A stretch of 64,000 bases of DNA from an uncultured Gammaproteobacteria bacterium (GTDB lineage Bacteria; Pseudomonadota; Gammaproteobacteria; DRLM01): positions 416,001 to 480,000 of the forward strand of contig CAVSNY010000006.1 of NCBI GenBank assembly GCA_963729605.1. Direction: 5' to 3'. Below the pieces are notes generated by a model. The model did not search any database, was not told where the DNA came from, and saw only the letters and a list, made by a program, of their open reading frames with translations. Each line of letters starts with the position of its first letter. The first letter of the stretch is position 1. Positions 18,904 through 29,212 of the stretch are shown one piece after another. Made by a program: the position numbers and the translations under genes.

Positions 18904-21587
18904 GGAAGATTGTTGCAGGTTTCTTCACCGTTGCCGTTCATCCACGTAATACCTCGCTTGCCATTGCCCGGCGCGCCGGCTGAACCGCAACTGACCGGCG
19001 TCCATTCACCGCTGCGTTTGAAGTTGACCACCTTCAGCACCGAGCCGTTGTAATACGGCCCGCGGTAATAACGCTGCGGGCTGGGCGTGCGCACCTGAGT
19101 GCCCGCCGGCAAACCGGCTTCCAGTCCCACGTCGTTCAAGTTGACCAGGAAGTTTTTATTCTTCCAGCCGTGGGGCACGGCGATATGGCAGAAATTGCAG
19201 CGGAAATTGCGCACCACGTCTTCCTTGGCGTGACCGGTATGGAGATTGACGTTGGGCACGCCCACGCAAGACGCATTACCGGTGCTGCGCCGGAAACCGC
19301 TCTGCAAGGTTTGATTGCCGGCCAAAGGACCGGCGGGAAATGCTTTGCCGTAGTAATCGTAATTATGGCAGCGGAAACACAAGGCGTCGGGGGTGGCCGC
19401 GCCGGTATTGTCGTTCCACGGACCCTTCAGAATAAAATCATTGTTCGAACCGTGCGGTCCCCAGGAATTGCCTTGCGCACCGCCGCGCGGCACGGCGCCG
19501 TCATTGACGTCGGTATCCGAACCATGGCAATCGGTGCAATACATGGTCTGGGTACCTACGCCCGCGTTGAAAGGCGTTACCCAGACATCGGGACTATTGA
19601 TGCTGCGTACCGCGATCGTGCGCCCGGTGTCCTTGAGCGCGGGGTGCCAGGACCGATGATTGTTGTCCACCAGATTGACGCAGTTGCCCTGACTGTCACG
19701 ATAACCCGGCCAATTTTCCGAAGTCGCGTAATTGGCGTCGGTATAGGTGTCCTGGCATTCGCCTATGGCACCGGTGAAGAACGCGCCGGTCGGTGTAGTG
19801 GGAGTGCCCTCGCCTTTGTGATCGTCCGGCGATTGATATTCCATGGCCTGATTGGTGTATTGGAACATCGCGTTGGTCCCCGGCGGCGTACCGCCCCGGA
19901 AGGATCCCAGGTTGGGCGGTGAATCATACGCGTTGTTGGAGTGGCACTTCATGCACACCTGGTATTCGCGAGTGACGTAAGGCGCATTGACGTCGGTGCT
20001 GCCGCCCACGCCGGGATCACCGCGTTTGATCTCGAAGATCGTTGGCTCGCTGCCGAACTCGGTCGACGGCCAACCGCCCGGTTCCACGCCGGAAATACCG
20101 CGCAATACGCCGGAAGCCAAATTGGTGTGGATACCGCCGGTGGCGGCGAGCTGACTGGCGGTATGATTGTGGGTGCCTTCCTCCGGGTCAGGTATGTTGG
20201 GATCATCGTTGAATAACCGATTGCGGATCACCCGATGGGGATTGTGGCAGTCGGTACATTCCGCATGGCGGTTGTTGGGATCGCCTTTGCCCATGTGGAG
20301 AGTGGATTCCACGAAATCTTTACCGCCTTGCTGGCTCCTGAGCGGGCCGGTGCCAATGTCGTGCATCTCGCGCCCGGCCGGTTGATCGGCGCTGGCGATG
20401 GGCATGTGCCGGGCCATGGTGGTGAAGTCGGTTTTAATGTCGGGCACGCCGAAGCCGGGGCGGGTGCTTTGGGTGCCGCCGGTAGGACCGCCGCGCAGCA
20501 CGTCGCCGTCCGCCGAATGACAGGCGTAACAGGTTTCTTCGATGGCCGGTTGTCCCCCATGACGGAATTTGGCGCCGCTCGCGGTGATCGCCGGCGGGCC
20601 GTCGGCGCCTTCACGCAGAATGCGCCGCGAGCCTTGCACGGTGTGGGGATCATGGCAATTCAAACAGGCCGCCTGCCACACTTGGATGCCGCGGGGAAAT
20701 TCGCGGAGATCGGCCGCGGCATCTTGGTACTCATAGGTGGCGACGGCGGAGCTGGCGTGAGCCGAACCGACCCAGCCCGCCTTGTCGTGGCAGCCCAGGC
20801 AAATGATGTCGTTCTCGGCGTTGAACTGGCGATCCACCGGCTCTGCTCTCTGAAAGCGGTTCGCCCGCAGAAACTTGATATTTTCCCCCGAGGTATCGCG
20901 GATATGGGGATCGTGACAACTGACGCATTCCAAGCGATTTTCTTCCAAGGGCAGCAACGGCGCGGGCTGGCCTTGCACCCGGTCGCCCACATGGGCAACC
21001 ATAGCGGGATCATACAGCTCACCGTCACGCTCGGCTTGCGCGCTGTCGTAGGTAAAGGAGATGGGATGGTCGTTACGCAAATCCACGCCCAATCTGCGGG
21101 TGAAGCCGGTGGTGGATCCCATGCCTTCGGGAATGGTATCGCCCGGTCCGATGCCCGGGCCGGTGAAATCGATATTGGGATCTTCGACGCGATTGAGCAC
21201 ATTGACCGCGCCCAGGGCGAGGGTGCCGTCATGGCAGGATAAACACAATTTAGACTTGGCGCGCGGCTGATCCAGATCGATCGCGTCGAGCGAGCCGGAG
21301 GAATACGGCGTATAGGTGGTACCGGAGAGTTTGCGGTTCCACAACGGCGCCATGGGCGCCTTGGTCGCGCCGTGCGGCGTGTGACAGAAGGCGCATATCT
21401 GCGACTCGCTGCTGGCGGCGGCATTGCGTTGCGCGCCGTCGGGCAGGATGGGGATCACCGTCGCGGAAAAATTGTGCCTGGTGTTGCGGATATCGGAAAT
21501 ACGTTCGGCCTGCGCCGGCAGGGCGGATAAAATCAAACACGCAGCGGTCAGCGCGAGGATGCACCCGTTTCGCAGCGTCCGTATCAT
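18900..21587 (-). CDS. Secreted undecaheme cytochrome c (UetJ-like) with an OmcE-like N-terminal module
   Basis: Signal peptide AQA; 11 CxxCH counted: CAFCH, CLSCH, CVSCH, CLGCH, CLNCH, CYACH, CTDCH, CMKCH, CTDCH, CFRCH, CNFCH. Confidence 0.9.
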   Translation of the reverse strand: MIRTLRNGCILALTAACLILSALPAQAERISDIRNTRHNFSATVIPILPDGAQRNAAASSESQICAFCHTPHGATKAPMAPLWNRKLSGTTYTPYSSGSLDAIDLDQPRAKSKLCLSCHDGTLALGAVNVLNRVEDPNIDFTGPGIGPGDTIPEGMGSTTGFTRRLGVDLRNDHPISFTYDSAQAERDGELYDPAMVAHVGDRVQGQPAPLLPLEENRLECVSCHDPHIRDTSGENIKFLRANRFQRAEPVDRQFNAENDIICLGCHDKAGWVGSAHASSAVATYEYQDAAADLREFPRGIQVWQAACLNCHDPHTVQGSRRILREGADGPPAITASGAKFRHGGQPAIEETCYACHSADGDVLRGGPTGGTQSTRPGFGVPDIKTDFTTMARHMPIASADQPAGREMHDIGTGPLRSQQGGKDFVESTLHMGKGDPNNRHAECTDCHNPHRVIRNRLFNDDPNIPDPEEGTHNHTASQLAATGGIHTNLASGVLRGISGVEPGGWPSTEFGSEPTIFEIKRGDPGVGGSTDVNAPYVTREYQVCMKCHSNNAYDSPPNLGSFRGGTPPGTNAMFQYTNQAMEYQSPDDHKGEGTPTTPTGAFFTGAIGECQDTYTDANYATSENWPGYRDSQGNCVNLVDNNHRSWHPALKDTGRTIAVRSINSPDVWVTPFNAGVGTQTMYCTDCHGSDTDVNDGAVPRGGAQGNSWGPHGSNNDFILKGPWNDNTGAATPDALCFRCHNYDYYGKAFPAGPLAGNQTLQSGFRRSTGNASCVGVPNVNLHTGHAKEDVVRNFRCNFCHIAVPHGWKNKNFLVNLNDVGLEAGLPAGTQVRTPSPQRYYRGPYYNGSVLKVVNFKRSGEWTPVSCGSAGAPGNGKRGITWMNGNGEETCNNLP

Positions 21588-22651
21588 GCGCCCTCTCTCA
21601 GGAACTGAAGTATGACCACCCGGCCATTAAAACTGTCGGCGATGTAGACCCGGTCGCGGTGATCGGTCCACACTCCCGCCGGCAGATAAAATTGCCCGAG
21701 CCCCCCGCCCGTACCGCCGATCGGCAACAATAACTCACCTTCGGGGTTGAATACTAACAAATAATCAAAATACGATTCTACCACATAGACATTGCCGTCT
21801 TTATCCACGCCGACGCCCTTGGGGCGCGGCATGTCGCCCACGAATATCCCGCGGCGGCCGAACACTTGCAAAGGCTCGCCATCGGCGGACACCACCTGCA
21901 CCCGGGCGTTGAGGGTATCCGTCACATAGAGCCGATTATCGGCGAAGCTCAAATATGTGGGGGAGTTATATTCACCGGCCGCCTCGCCGCGGTGACCGAA
22001 GGTTTTCACCAATTCGCCGCCGTCGCTGAATACTTTGATGGCGTGGCCGTGGGTGTCGGCCACATAAATCCGGCCGTTCTCCGCATCCCGCGCCACGCCC
22101 GTGGGCCGCACCAACTGGTCTTTACCAAGAATGCCGCGCGGAACACCGTCTTTATTCAAACGGACCACGTAACCCAGTTCCGCGTCGGCCACCAGGATTT
22201 CGCCGTCGGCGCCCAACGCGATCCCGATCGGGGCAACGAACCGGACATTGTCGCCGGCCATCTCCCACACCCGCAAACTACCGGCCTGCTCATCGAACAC
22301 ATAGACCGCTTGGCGGCTGACGTCGGTGACATACACCCGGCCCGCCGGGTCGGTCACTCCGCCCTGCGGCCGCTGCAAGACCACCGGCACATGTTTGGGC
22401 GAGGTCAAGCCGACCAGCCACTTCAAAAAGCGCGTGCCGCTGGACCCGAAACCTTGCTCGGGGACGTGGATATTTTGTTCGCCGACGAGCTCGCCCACAT
22501 ACTGATACCGCGGCGTCTCGGGCGGCGCGGGCCACACCGCCGTGAAAGGCGGATCGGGCTGATAACGCAGCGTGCTGTGGGTCGGCGCGCATCCCGCCAA
22601 TATCGCGGACGCGACCAACAACCCCGCCGCGAACTTGGCACGTCTCACCAC
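21584..22651 (-). CDS. NHL-repeat beta-propeller lipoprotein (UetI-like)
   Basis: Lipobox LAGC; repeats of PxGV...IYVAD, YVTDTLNARVQ, YIADSFNGRV. Confidence 0.88.
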   Translation of the reverse strand: MVRRAKFAAGLLVASAILAGCAPTHSTLRYQPDPPFTAVWPAPPETPRYQYVGELVGEQNIHVPEQGFGSSGTRFLKWLVGLTSPKHVPVVLQRPQGGVTDPAGRVYVTDVSRQAVYVFDEQAGSLRVWEMAGDNVRFVAPIGIALGADGEILVADAELGYVVRLNKDGVPRGILGKDQLVRPTGVARDAENGRIYVADTHGHAIKVFSDGGELVKTFGHRGEAAGEYNSPTYLSFADNRLYVTDTLNARVQVVSADGEPLQVFGRRGIFVGDMPRPKGVGVDKDGNVYVVESYFDYLLVFNPEGELLLPIGGTGGGLGQFYLPAGVWTDHRDRVYIADSFNGRVVILQFLREGA

Positions 22652-22667
22652 ACGACACCCCCCTTAT

Positions 22668-23723
22668 TTATTGTTGCGTTTTGAATCCGCCTGCCGAGAT
22701 CTTGAACACTTGGATACGGCCGTTGAGACTGTCGGCCACGTATAAAGACCCCCCATCCAGCCACACGTCGCTCACGCCGTTGAAGCGGCCGGGCCCCACC
22801 CCGGCGCCGCCAAGGGTCGCGACCAACTTACCTTGCTCGAATATCCGTACGGTGTTATTAAAAAAGTCGGAGACGTAAGTTTGATTATCGGCGTCGACCG
22901 CCACGGCATTGGGAAACACCACGGTATCGGGATCGAAGGCGTATTTGAACGCGCCTTCCTCCGAGAGGACTTGGGCGCGATGGGCGAAACGCGCGGTGAC
23001 ATATACACCGTCGGGACCGCGAGCCATGGAGGTGATATTCAAGAATTCACCCTCGCCTTCACCGCGGCCACCCAGGGCGCGCCACAAACCGCCCGCGCCA
23101 TTGAAGATCAACACGTGATCGAGCACGCCGTCGGCGACGTAGACATCGCCGGTGGTCTCGTCCACCGACACCGCCACCGGCCGCCGCAGATTCATGGAAT
23201 CCTGGAAGGTGGCCTCCAGACGGCCATTGCGATTGAACTTGAGCACCTTGCCGCCGACGCTATCGGCGAGATAAAACGTGCGGTCGCCGGTGACGAAGAT
23301 ATCCGCCACATCGCCGACCACCAGCCCGCGCAAACTGACCAGCACTTCCTGGGTTCCGGAAATACGATCATAAAGGATCACCTGCTGCTGATCGGCATCG
23401 ACCACGTACACCCAGTGATCTTTGGCCGCCACCGCCACCGGACGGCGGAAACGCGCATCCTGCAAGAGCACCAGGCCTTCCGTGTCGCCGGTCATCACCG
23501 GCCGCAGCTCGCCGTTGCCGAAAAAGGCGTTGCCGGTCCGGCCGCCACTGATGCTTTCTTCAAAATAAATTTGGGTCGAACCGGTCTCGGCGACCACCAC
23601 GCCTTCGGCGCCCGAGGACATGGGGGTGCCGCCGAACATGGAACATCCGTTCAGTAGCCAGGTGCTGCCGATCAGCAGCGCGGTCAGCGCAGCCCGGCGG
23701 AATCGCGCGGTACGGAGTGGCAT
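22668..23723 (-). CDS. NHL-repeat beta-propeller lipoprotein (UetH-like)
   Basis: Start reassigned to ATG 23723 (MPLRTARF...LLNGC lipobox); RPVAV, VYVAD, YVADSLNGRIQ repeats. Confidence 0.85.
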   Translation of the reverse strand: MPLRTARFRRAALTALLIGSTWLLNGCSMFGGTPMSSGAEGVVVAETGSTQIYFEESISGGRTGNAFFGNGELRPVMTGDTEGLVLLQDARFRRPVAVAAKDHWVYVVDADQQQVILYDRISGTQEVLVSLRGLVVGDVADIFVTGDRTFYLADSVGGKVLKFNRNGRLEATFQDSMNLRRPVAVSVDETTGDVYVADGVLDHVLIFNGAGGLWRALGGRGEGEGEFLNITSMARGPDGVYVTARFAHRAQVLSEEGAFKYAFDPDTVVFPNAVAVDADNQTYVSDFFNNTVRIFEQGKLVATLGGAGVGPGRFNGVSDVWLDGGSLYVADSLNGRIQVFKISAGGFKTQQ

Positions 23724-24286
23724 CGTCCACAATTCATGGTGGGAGGGAAGGCGACCTTGCCATGGCAAACACCGCAGTATTTGCCTTGGATGATGTCCGA
23801 CATGGTAACCGGATTTGCCCCTTTCTGGGGAAGAAAAATCGCGGGATGGCAATTGGCGCAGGTCAACCATTCCGTGTGGGCCAAATGGGGAAAGCGCACG
23901 AAGGGCATGGAACCGGTATTCTTGAAAATGATGTCGAAGTCGGCGACATACATATCCTTGTCGCCCAGCTTGCTCTGCCGCGCGTCGATCATGCCCTTTT
24001 GCAGCACTTGCACCCAATCGATGATGCCGGCGGCGTCGCGCGGGAAATCCTTCATGGATTCCACCGGCTCTTGGAAAATGGTGACGGCGCTGTTGGTGGG
24101 ATCGTGGATACCGTCTTCGATGACGGGCACCACCTCACCTTCGGTTTGGAAGTGCAGGCCCTTGGTCCACACCGGGCCATCTTCCGCGTGCGCCACGACG
24201 GCCCAACCGAAAAACAGGGCGATGGCCACAGCGAAATATCCGCGGAGATTATTCTTAAACGCGTATCGCTCGACGCCTTTATTCAT
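23684..24286 (-). CDS. c7-like triheme cytochrome (UetG-like)
   Basis: Signal peptide AHA; FPHLAH, CANCH, CGVCH, CGRCH. Confidence 0.88.
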   Translation of the reverse strand: MNKGVERYAFKNNLRGYFAVAIALFFGWAVVAHAEDGPVWTKGLHFQTEGEVVPVIEDGIHDPTNSAVTIFQEPVESMKDFPRDAAGIIDWVQVLQKGMIDARQSKLGDKDMYVADFDIIFKNTGSMPFVRFPHLAHTEWLTCANCHPAIFLPQKGANPVTMSDIIQGKYCGVCHGKVAFPPTMNCGRCHSVPRDSAGLR

Positions 24287-24408
24287 GCTGTCCCCATTTG
24301 GCATGCCACGCCCCTGCGGGCGTGGGCTCGGGTAATATAACGTGTTTTCGAGACAAGTCACACTCAAAAACGCGCGCTTGTCCGCGCCACCCTCGGCCTA
24401 CGGGACGA

Positions 24409-26028
24409 CTATTGCACACCCGCCAGCCGCAAAGCCCTTTGTATCCTTTCGGTCGCCGCCTGCATCGCCATCACGGCCATTTTGTGATCGCCCTTGGCCG
24501 CCAATCCCAAGGCCTCGTCATGAACCTCGGTGGCGCGACCGGTCAGTTCGTGCATCATGGTCACCGTTTGCGGCGCCGGACGGCGTTGCTCGATGGCCAC
24601 GGGCACCAGTTCCACGTAACTGCGGTAACGGGACAGCTCGAACTCATATTCATCTTTAGGCGAGGCGAAGTTCTTGTCATAGACCACGGTCTGCGAGTGC
24701 AACATCGCGCTCAAGGCCGCGGTGATCAGCTCATTGGCCGATTCCAGCCGCTTGGCCGCGCCTTCGTGATCGCCTTTGCCCGCCAGGCTTTCCGCCTCGC
24801 TCAGCAGCTTGTCGTATTTGGCCTTGTCCAATTCCTCGCCCGCTTTACCGGGCTTCATGCCCTGCGCCACGTTTTTCTGGTAAGAGGCCTTAAAACCGCC
24901 GACCTGTTCCAGCAAGGCGGCGTAACGGGCTTTGTGGTCCACCGCCGGTTGCTCGGGAACTAAACGGGTGGCGGCATTCATCATCCGCAAGGCCTCGTCC
25001 ACCGAGCCCATGGCCTGGTTATTATCACCGGCGGCGAGCGCGGTACGCACGGCGATCAACTGCTCCTTCGCCCCGGCGACCAAGGCTTGCGCCTCGGCGT
25101 TATTACTGGCGGCCACCCGCTTGGCGGAGGCGGACGAGCCGATCAGCATATCCGCGAAACTCAGCTTCTGCTTCACTTGCTCCGCCGTATAGTTGCGGAC
25201 TATCGGGGTCTCTGCCGCGGGCAGCGCGGGCGGCGCACCCAAGCTCACCTTTTCCCCAGCGTTGACCACGTGAATCCTGCCACCCATATAAGCGTGGTTA
25301 CGGCATTCGTAATACACCTCGTCCGGTGTCGTGGCCGACGGTGTAAAGGTCGCGTCGCCCTTGAAAATAAACTGGCCGGTGATACCGTCGGTCAAGGTGC
25401 CCGCACCGCGGCCCACCGGGCTGGTCGTGAAATAAAAATCGTGCATCACCCCGGTGTCCAAACTAAACGTGTAGGTTACGCCGCGGGTCAGCACCAGCTC
25501 TTTGCCCTGCACGCCGTCCGTCACGAACGCCATGTCCGAACCACGGCCGAAATAAGGGTGACTGGCGTCCTTGGGTCCGGCGACCAACTGAAAAGTTCGC
25601 GGTGTACGATCAGCCACTACGGTGACCGGACCGGGGCGTTGCGCGGCCGGCACGCTTGCCGCGGGTTTGGACGGGACCGGGCTGGGCGCCACTACGGCGG
25701 GGGGCGCGACTACCGGCGCAGGCGCCGCAGCGGGCGGAACGGCTTCGGCGGTTGGAACAACGTCGGCGGGTGGCGCGGATAAATCGGTTTTATTTTCCGG
25801 CGCGGTCTGCGGTGATTCCTCTACCGGCGCGGACGGGGCCTCCGTGCTGCCGGCCTCCGGTTGCGTGAGGGCGTCGTCCGTGGTGGTGGCGACTACACTC
25901 GGCGATTGCGCCGACATGACCGGCGCCGGCGCGGCGGTCTGCGCGACCTCTTTCTTTTCACCGGTGGACACACACGCCGTCATCGCCACCGCGATCGCCA
26001 GACATAACAATTTACGCTTTGAGTTCAT
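24409..26028 (-). CDS. Lipoprotein with Pro/Ala linker, cupredoxin-like motif and helical C-terminus (UetF position)
   Basis: Lipobox MTAC; PA-rich linker; MHDFYF...YYECRNHAYMGG. Confidence 0.8.
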   Translation of the reverse strand: MNSKRKLLCLAIAVAMTACVSTGEKKEVAQTAAPAPVMSAQSPSVVATTTDDALTQPEAGSTEAPSAPVEESPQTAPENKTDLSAPPADVVPTAEAVPPAAAPAPVVAPPAVVAPSPVPSKPAASVPAAQRPGPVTVVADRTPRTFQLVAGPKDASHPYFGRGSDMAFVTDGVQGKELVLTRGVTYTFSLDTGVMHDFYFTTSPVGRGAGTLTDGITGQFIFKGDATFTPSATTPDEVYYECRNHAYMGGRIHVVNAGEKVSLGAPPALPAAETPIVRNYTAEQVKQKLSFADMLIGSSASAKRVAASNNAEAQALVAGAKEQLIAVRTALAAGDNNQAMGSVDEALRMMNAATRLVPEQPAVDHKARYAALLEQVGGFKASYQKNVAQGMKPGKAGEELDKAKYDKLLSEAESLAGKGDHEGAAKRLESANELITAALSAMLHSQTVVYDKNFASPKDEYEFELSRYRSYVELVPVAIEQRRPAPQTVTMMHELTGRATEVHDEALGLAAKGDHKMAVMAMQAATERIQRALRLAGVQ

Positions 26029-26224
26029 ACGTCTCCTCGCCGAATCTCATGGCCATACCCAGCCGCAAAGCGTCCGCCGACCCGGTTCATCTCGAACTCA
26101 GTCCAGATGAAATTTACCTCCTGGGCAACGGTGTTGCTCACAGTTTGTCCGTAAAACACGGTGTCAAAAACGGGCTAAATGCGGCGGCGCCACAATCACT
26201 TGTGGCGCCGCTTGCGTTATCGGA

Positions 26225-26926
26225 CTAACGCCAGGGATTCTTAAGCGTGGCGTCGCTCAACGGCGGCGACCAATCCGCGGGCTTGGGCTTGGAGTGGCAC
26301 TTGGAGCAGGTCTTGGTGGTGATCGGGAAAGAAACCTTGCCATGACACACACCGCACTTCTGTCCCAACAGAATGGCCGACATATTGATTTGGTTGGCCC
26401 CTTTCTGCGGGATGAAGATGGCGGGATGACAGTTGGCGCAGGACAGCCATTCGGTGTGTTGACGATGGGGGAACACCACGTCCGGCACCGAGGCCTTCAC
26501 CTCGCGGACGATATCCATGTCCATCACGAAGGGCTCTTCGCTGGAATCGATACGGTCCCAGCGGGGTGAGAGCTTCTTCTCGTCGATGGCCTTCACCCAG
26601 TCGACATGATTGCCGAACTCGGTGGTGGGCAGACCTTTATAGGCCTCCTTAGGCGGCTGGAGAATATGGGTGCCTTCGTTCTCCGGATCGTGATAGCCGC
26701 TCTCCGGCGGCGCCGCGTTGGGATCCTTTTCCTTCTTCAAATTGCGGTTGAAGGTGTTGGAGGACGAGACATCGGCGAGCATCAAGCGTTCGCCGGGCGC
26801 CGCCTGCTGCATGGCACCACTAAACAGACCCGCGTCCGCGGCGAAGGCGGAAGCAGAAACCAGCAGGGTCAACACCGCTGATCCTACAAAGATTTTCAAT
26901 TGTTGTGTCATGACCACGCTCCTCAC
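26225..26926 (-). CDS. c7-like triheme cytochrome (UetE-like)
   Basis: Signal peptide AFA; FPHRQH, CANCH, CGVCH, CSKCH. Confidence 0.88.
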   Translation of the reverse strand: MRSVVMTQQLKIFVGSAVLTLLVSASAFAADAGLFSGAMQQAAPGERLMLADVSSSNTFNRNLKKEKDPNAAPPESGYHDPENEGTHILQPPKEAYKGLPTTEFGNHVDWVKAIDEKKLSPRWDRIDSSEEPFVMDMDIVREVKASVPDVVFPHRQHTEWLSCANCHPAIFIPQKGANQINMSAILLGQKCGVCHGKVSFPITTKTCSKCHSKPKPADWSPPLSDATLKNPWR

Positions 26927-26935
26927 ATTGACCGG

Positions 26936-27382
26936 TTACTGTTTGGCAGGCTGTTGTGGAGCGTTGAGCGCCTTATAAGGTGGCGACACTAGACGCTGCA
27001 CGGTGCTCCCGTGAATGTGGGTCGGCGTGCCAGGTATGCCGGAATGGCACATATTGCAGTTCTCCACGGACCAAGCCACCTCCCCGTTATGGCAAGCGCC
27101 GCAGAATTTACCGTCGATGATCTTGGCCATGGTGATCTTGTTGCCGCCGGCTTTGAACTCGAATCCCAGGTCGGCATGACAGACCTTGCAAGTGAAACGA
27201 ATACGATGAAACCAGTGCGGGAATACCACGGGACGCATACCGGCCGCGTCGGCGTAATTATTAATGATCACATCGGCATATTCCGCTTTGGCGGGGGTCA
27301 TGGCCAGCAGGGCCAGTCCCGCTAACACCCCCAAAATGGAAAATCTCCATTTGATGCTACGGTCGGCTTTGTAGGACGTCAT
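26936..27382 (-). CDS. c7-like triheme cytochrome (UetD-like)
   Basis: Signal peptide AKA; FPHWFH, CKVCH, CGACH, CNMCH. Confidence 0.88.
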   Translation of the reverse strand: MTSYKADRSIKWRFSILGVLAGLALLAMTPAKAEYADVIINNYADAAGMRPVVFPHWFHRIRFTCKVCHADLGFEFKAGGNKITMAKIIDGKFCGACHNGEVAWSVENCNMCHSGIPGTPTHIHGSTVQRLVSPPYKALNAPQQPAKQ

Positions 27383-27460
27383 GCACGGTCTCCTCGGTTA
27401 ATTTGACGTATTATAATTAATCACCAGCAAACGTGGTAATGGTTTCAAAGAGCAACCCCA

Positions 27461-29212
27461 TTAAAATCGGCGCATCACGCGAAAGTATAAGAGCTGCGAA
27501 GCCTCGTGGCCGTTATCCATCCATCTGAAACTCAGGCTGGCGTCCACCAATCCGATGGTGTAATTCAGGCGGTTTTCCCATTCGTTGCGATCCAAACCCT
27601 CACCCGTGGAGGCTTGCGAGAGCCGCAGGTCGGAGTTGAATTGCAGGCGCGGAATACTGAACAGGGTTTGCTGAAGATAACTGATCTGACCGGTGGTGGT
27701 GGTCACCGAGCCGTCATTGGCTCCACCGGAGAAATCGCGCACCACCGTCTGCAACGTCAAATGGCCCGACAACGTGCTGCGCGCACCCAAGGCCTGATAA
27801 CGCGAGGCCTGCAAATTCACCAGCTGCTGCTCATCGCTCAGATCACCGAAATTACGCGAATCCGACAAGGTGAGTTGCACCAGGGTGGTCGCACCCTGAG
27901 TGGACGACTGATTCCAGCCCAAGCTTGCGCTGTGATCCAGGCGATGCTGAGTGGCCTCATCACCGGTGGTCAACACCTCGTTGAAGGCCTGAGTCAGACC
28001 CACGCGCAAAGACGATTGCGGGTCCAGCATCCACATCCTCTGCGCATCGTGACCCAATGAGGCCTGTAACGACTGGACGTTTTCATCCACGTCGCTCTGG
28101 TTTTCCAGCGCGCCGCTGACATACCACTGATACGTAAAACTCCGCCATTCGATCAGATCGGATTGCAGCAGGGCGCCAAGTCGCTGGCGATGCAGGGTTT
28201 GATTGGCGCCATTGATATCCGACTGACTGAAATTGGCGCTGCCGTCAAAGCGCAGCCGTTTCGAATATTGATAGAAGGCGCCCGCCGTCGCGCCGAAGCT
28301 GGCTTGATCGCTGGATTGCGCGGAATTTTCGCCGGCCATGGTATAGGCGCGCGCGCCCGCGCTGACCGTCCAGCGTTTATCGACCGGCCGCCAGAACGTG
28401 AAGCTGGATACCTGGTTGATTTCCGTGGTGACGGTATCCACCAAGCCGGTCGCCCCTTCGAAGGTGGTATCGAGATGGTAATGGCTGGCCTTGGTGTCGA
28501 GCCGGATATCCTCGTTGGGGAAATAATAATGATCGACGTCGAGAATGAAATTTTCTTGGTGGCGATCGGTGCGCGACTGATCGGTGGTTTCTATATTGCC
28601 GCGGAACAACAAGCGCTGGCGGACCGGCCGCCAGTCCAATTCCACGCCCATAATTTCGTTTTCATAGGTACCGCTCAGGTCCGAATCCCAGGTGCGCGCA
28701 CCATATCGCAACTGGGCGCGATGGCCTTCTTCGGTGATGTACGATTGCCGCAAATCCAAATTGGTGGTTTGGTATTCCGAACCGAACACCCGCACCAGCG
28801 GGTTGTAGACCACGGTATTGTCCACCCGGCTGTCGGTGGCTTGATACAACAAGCGGAAAGGGGTGCGGCTGTCCGGCAACACGTTGAGCATCAGGTCGCC
28901 GGAATACACGTCCGAGGTGGTGCTGGTGCTGGCGTTGCCGTCGTCCAGGTCCGAGCTGTCCTTGGCCAGGGTGGCGCCGCCCTCGACGGTGGCGAACCAC
29001 GGCTGCCAGATATAAGAGCGTAAGCGCAGATTTCCCAACAACTGGTTGCTGGTGGCGTCGGTGGTATCGGTGCTGAGCGAACGGAAACTGTAACCCACGC
29101 TGCCTGACACATCCACGGGCAAGGCGCGCGCCGCGGGGCACACGGACACCAGCGCCACCAGCGCCAAGCCCTGGGTGACGTGAGATGCGAACGCAGCACA
29201 GACCCGTCTCAT
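27461..29212 (-). CDS. Large outer-membrane beta-barrel of the cytochrome cluster (UetC-like)
   Basis: Signal peptide ARA; alternating amphipathic strands; C-terminal YFRVMRRF beta-signal. Start set at ATG 29212. Confidence 0.8.
   Translation of the reverse strand: MRRVCAAFASHVTQGLALVALVSVCPAARALPVDVSGSVGYSFRSLSTDTTDATSNQLLGNLRLRSYIWQPWFATVEGGATLAKDSSDLDDGNASTSTTSDVYSGDLMLNVLPDSRTPFRLLYQATDSRVDNTVVYNPLVRVFGSEYQTTNLDLRQSYITEEGHRAQLRYGARTWDSDLSGTYENEIMGVELDWRPVRQRLLFRGNIETTDQSRTDRHQENFILDVDHYYFPNEDIRLDTKASHYHLDTTFEGATGLVDTVTTEINQVSSFTFWRPVDKRWTVSAGARAYTMAGENSAQSSDQASFGATAGAFYQYSKRLRFDGSANFSQSDINGANQTLHRQRLGALLQSDLIEWRSFTYQWYVSGALENQSDVDENVQSLQASLGHDAQRMWMLDPQSSLRVGLTQAFNEVLTTGDEATQHRLDHSASLGWNQSSTQGATTLVQLTLSDSRNFGDLSDEQQLVNLQASRYQALGARSTLSGHLTLQTVVRDFSGGANDGSVTTTTGQISYLQQTLFSIPRLQFNSDLRLSQASTGEGLDRNEWENRLNYTIGLVDASLSFRWMDNGHEASQLLYFRVMRRF

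Noticed and set aside
23724-24017. N-terminal extension of the NHL protein
   Set aside because: Overlaps the triheme gene in another frame; the lipoprotein signal starts at 23723.
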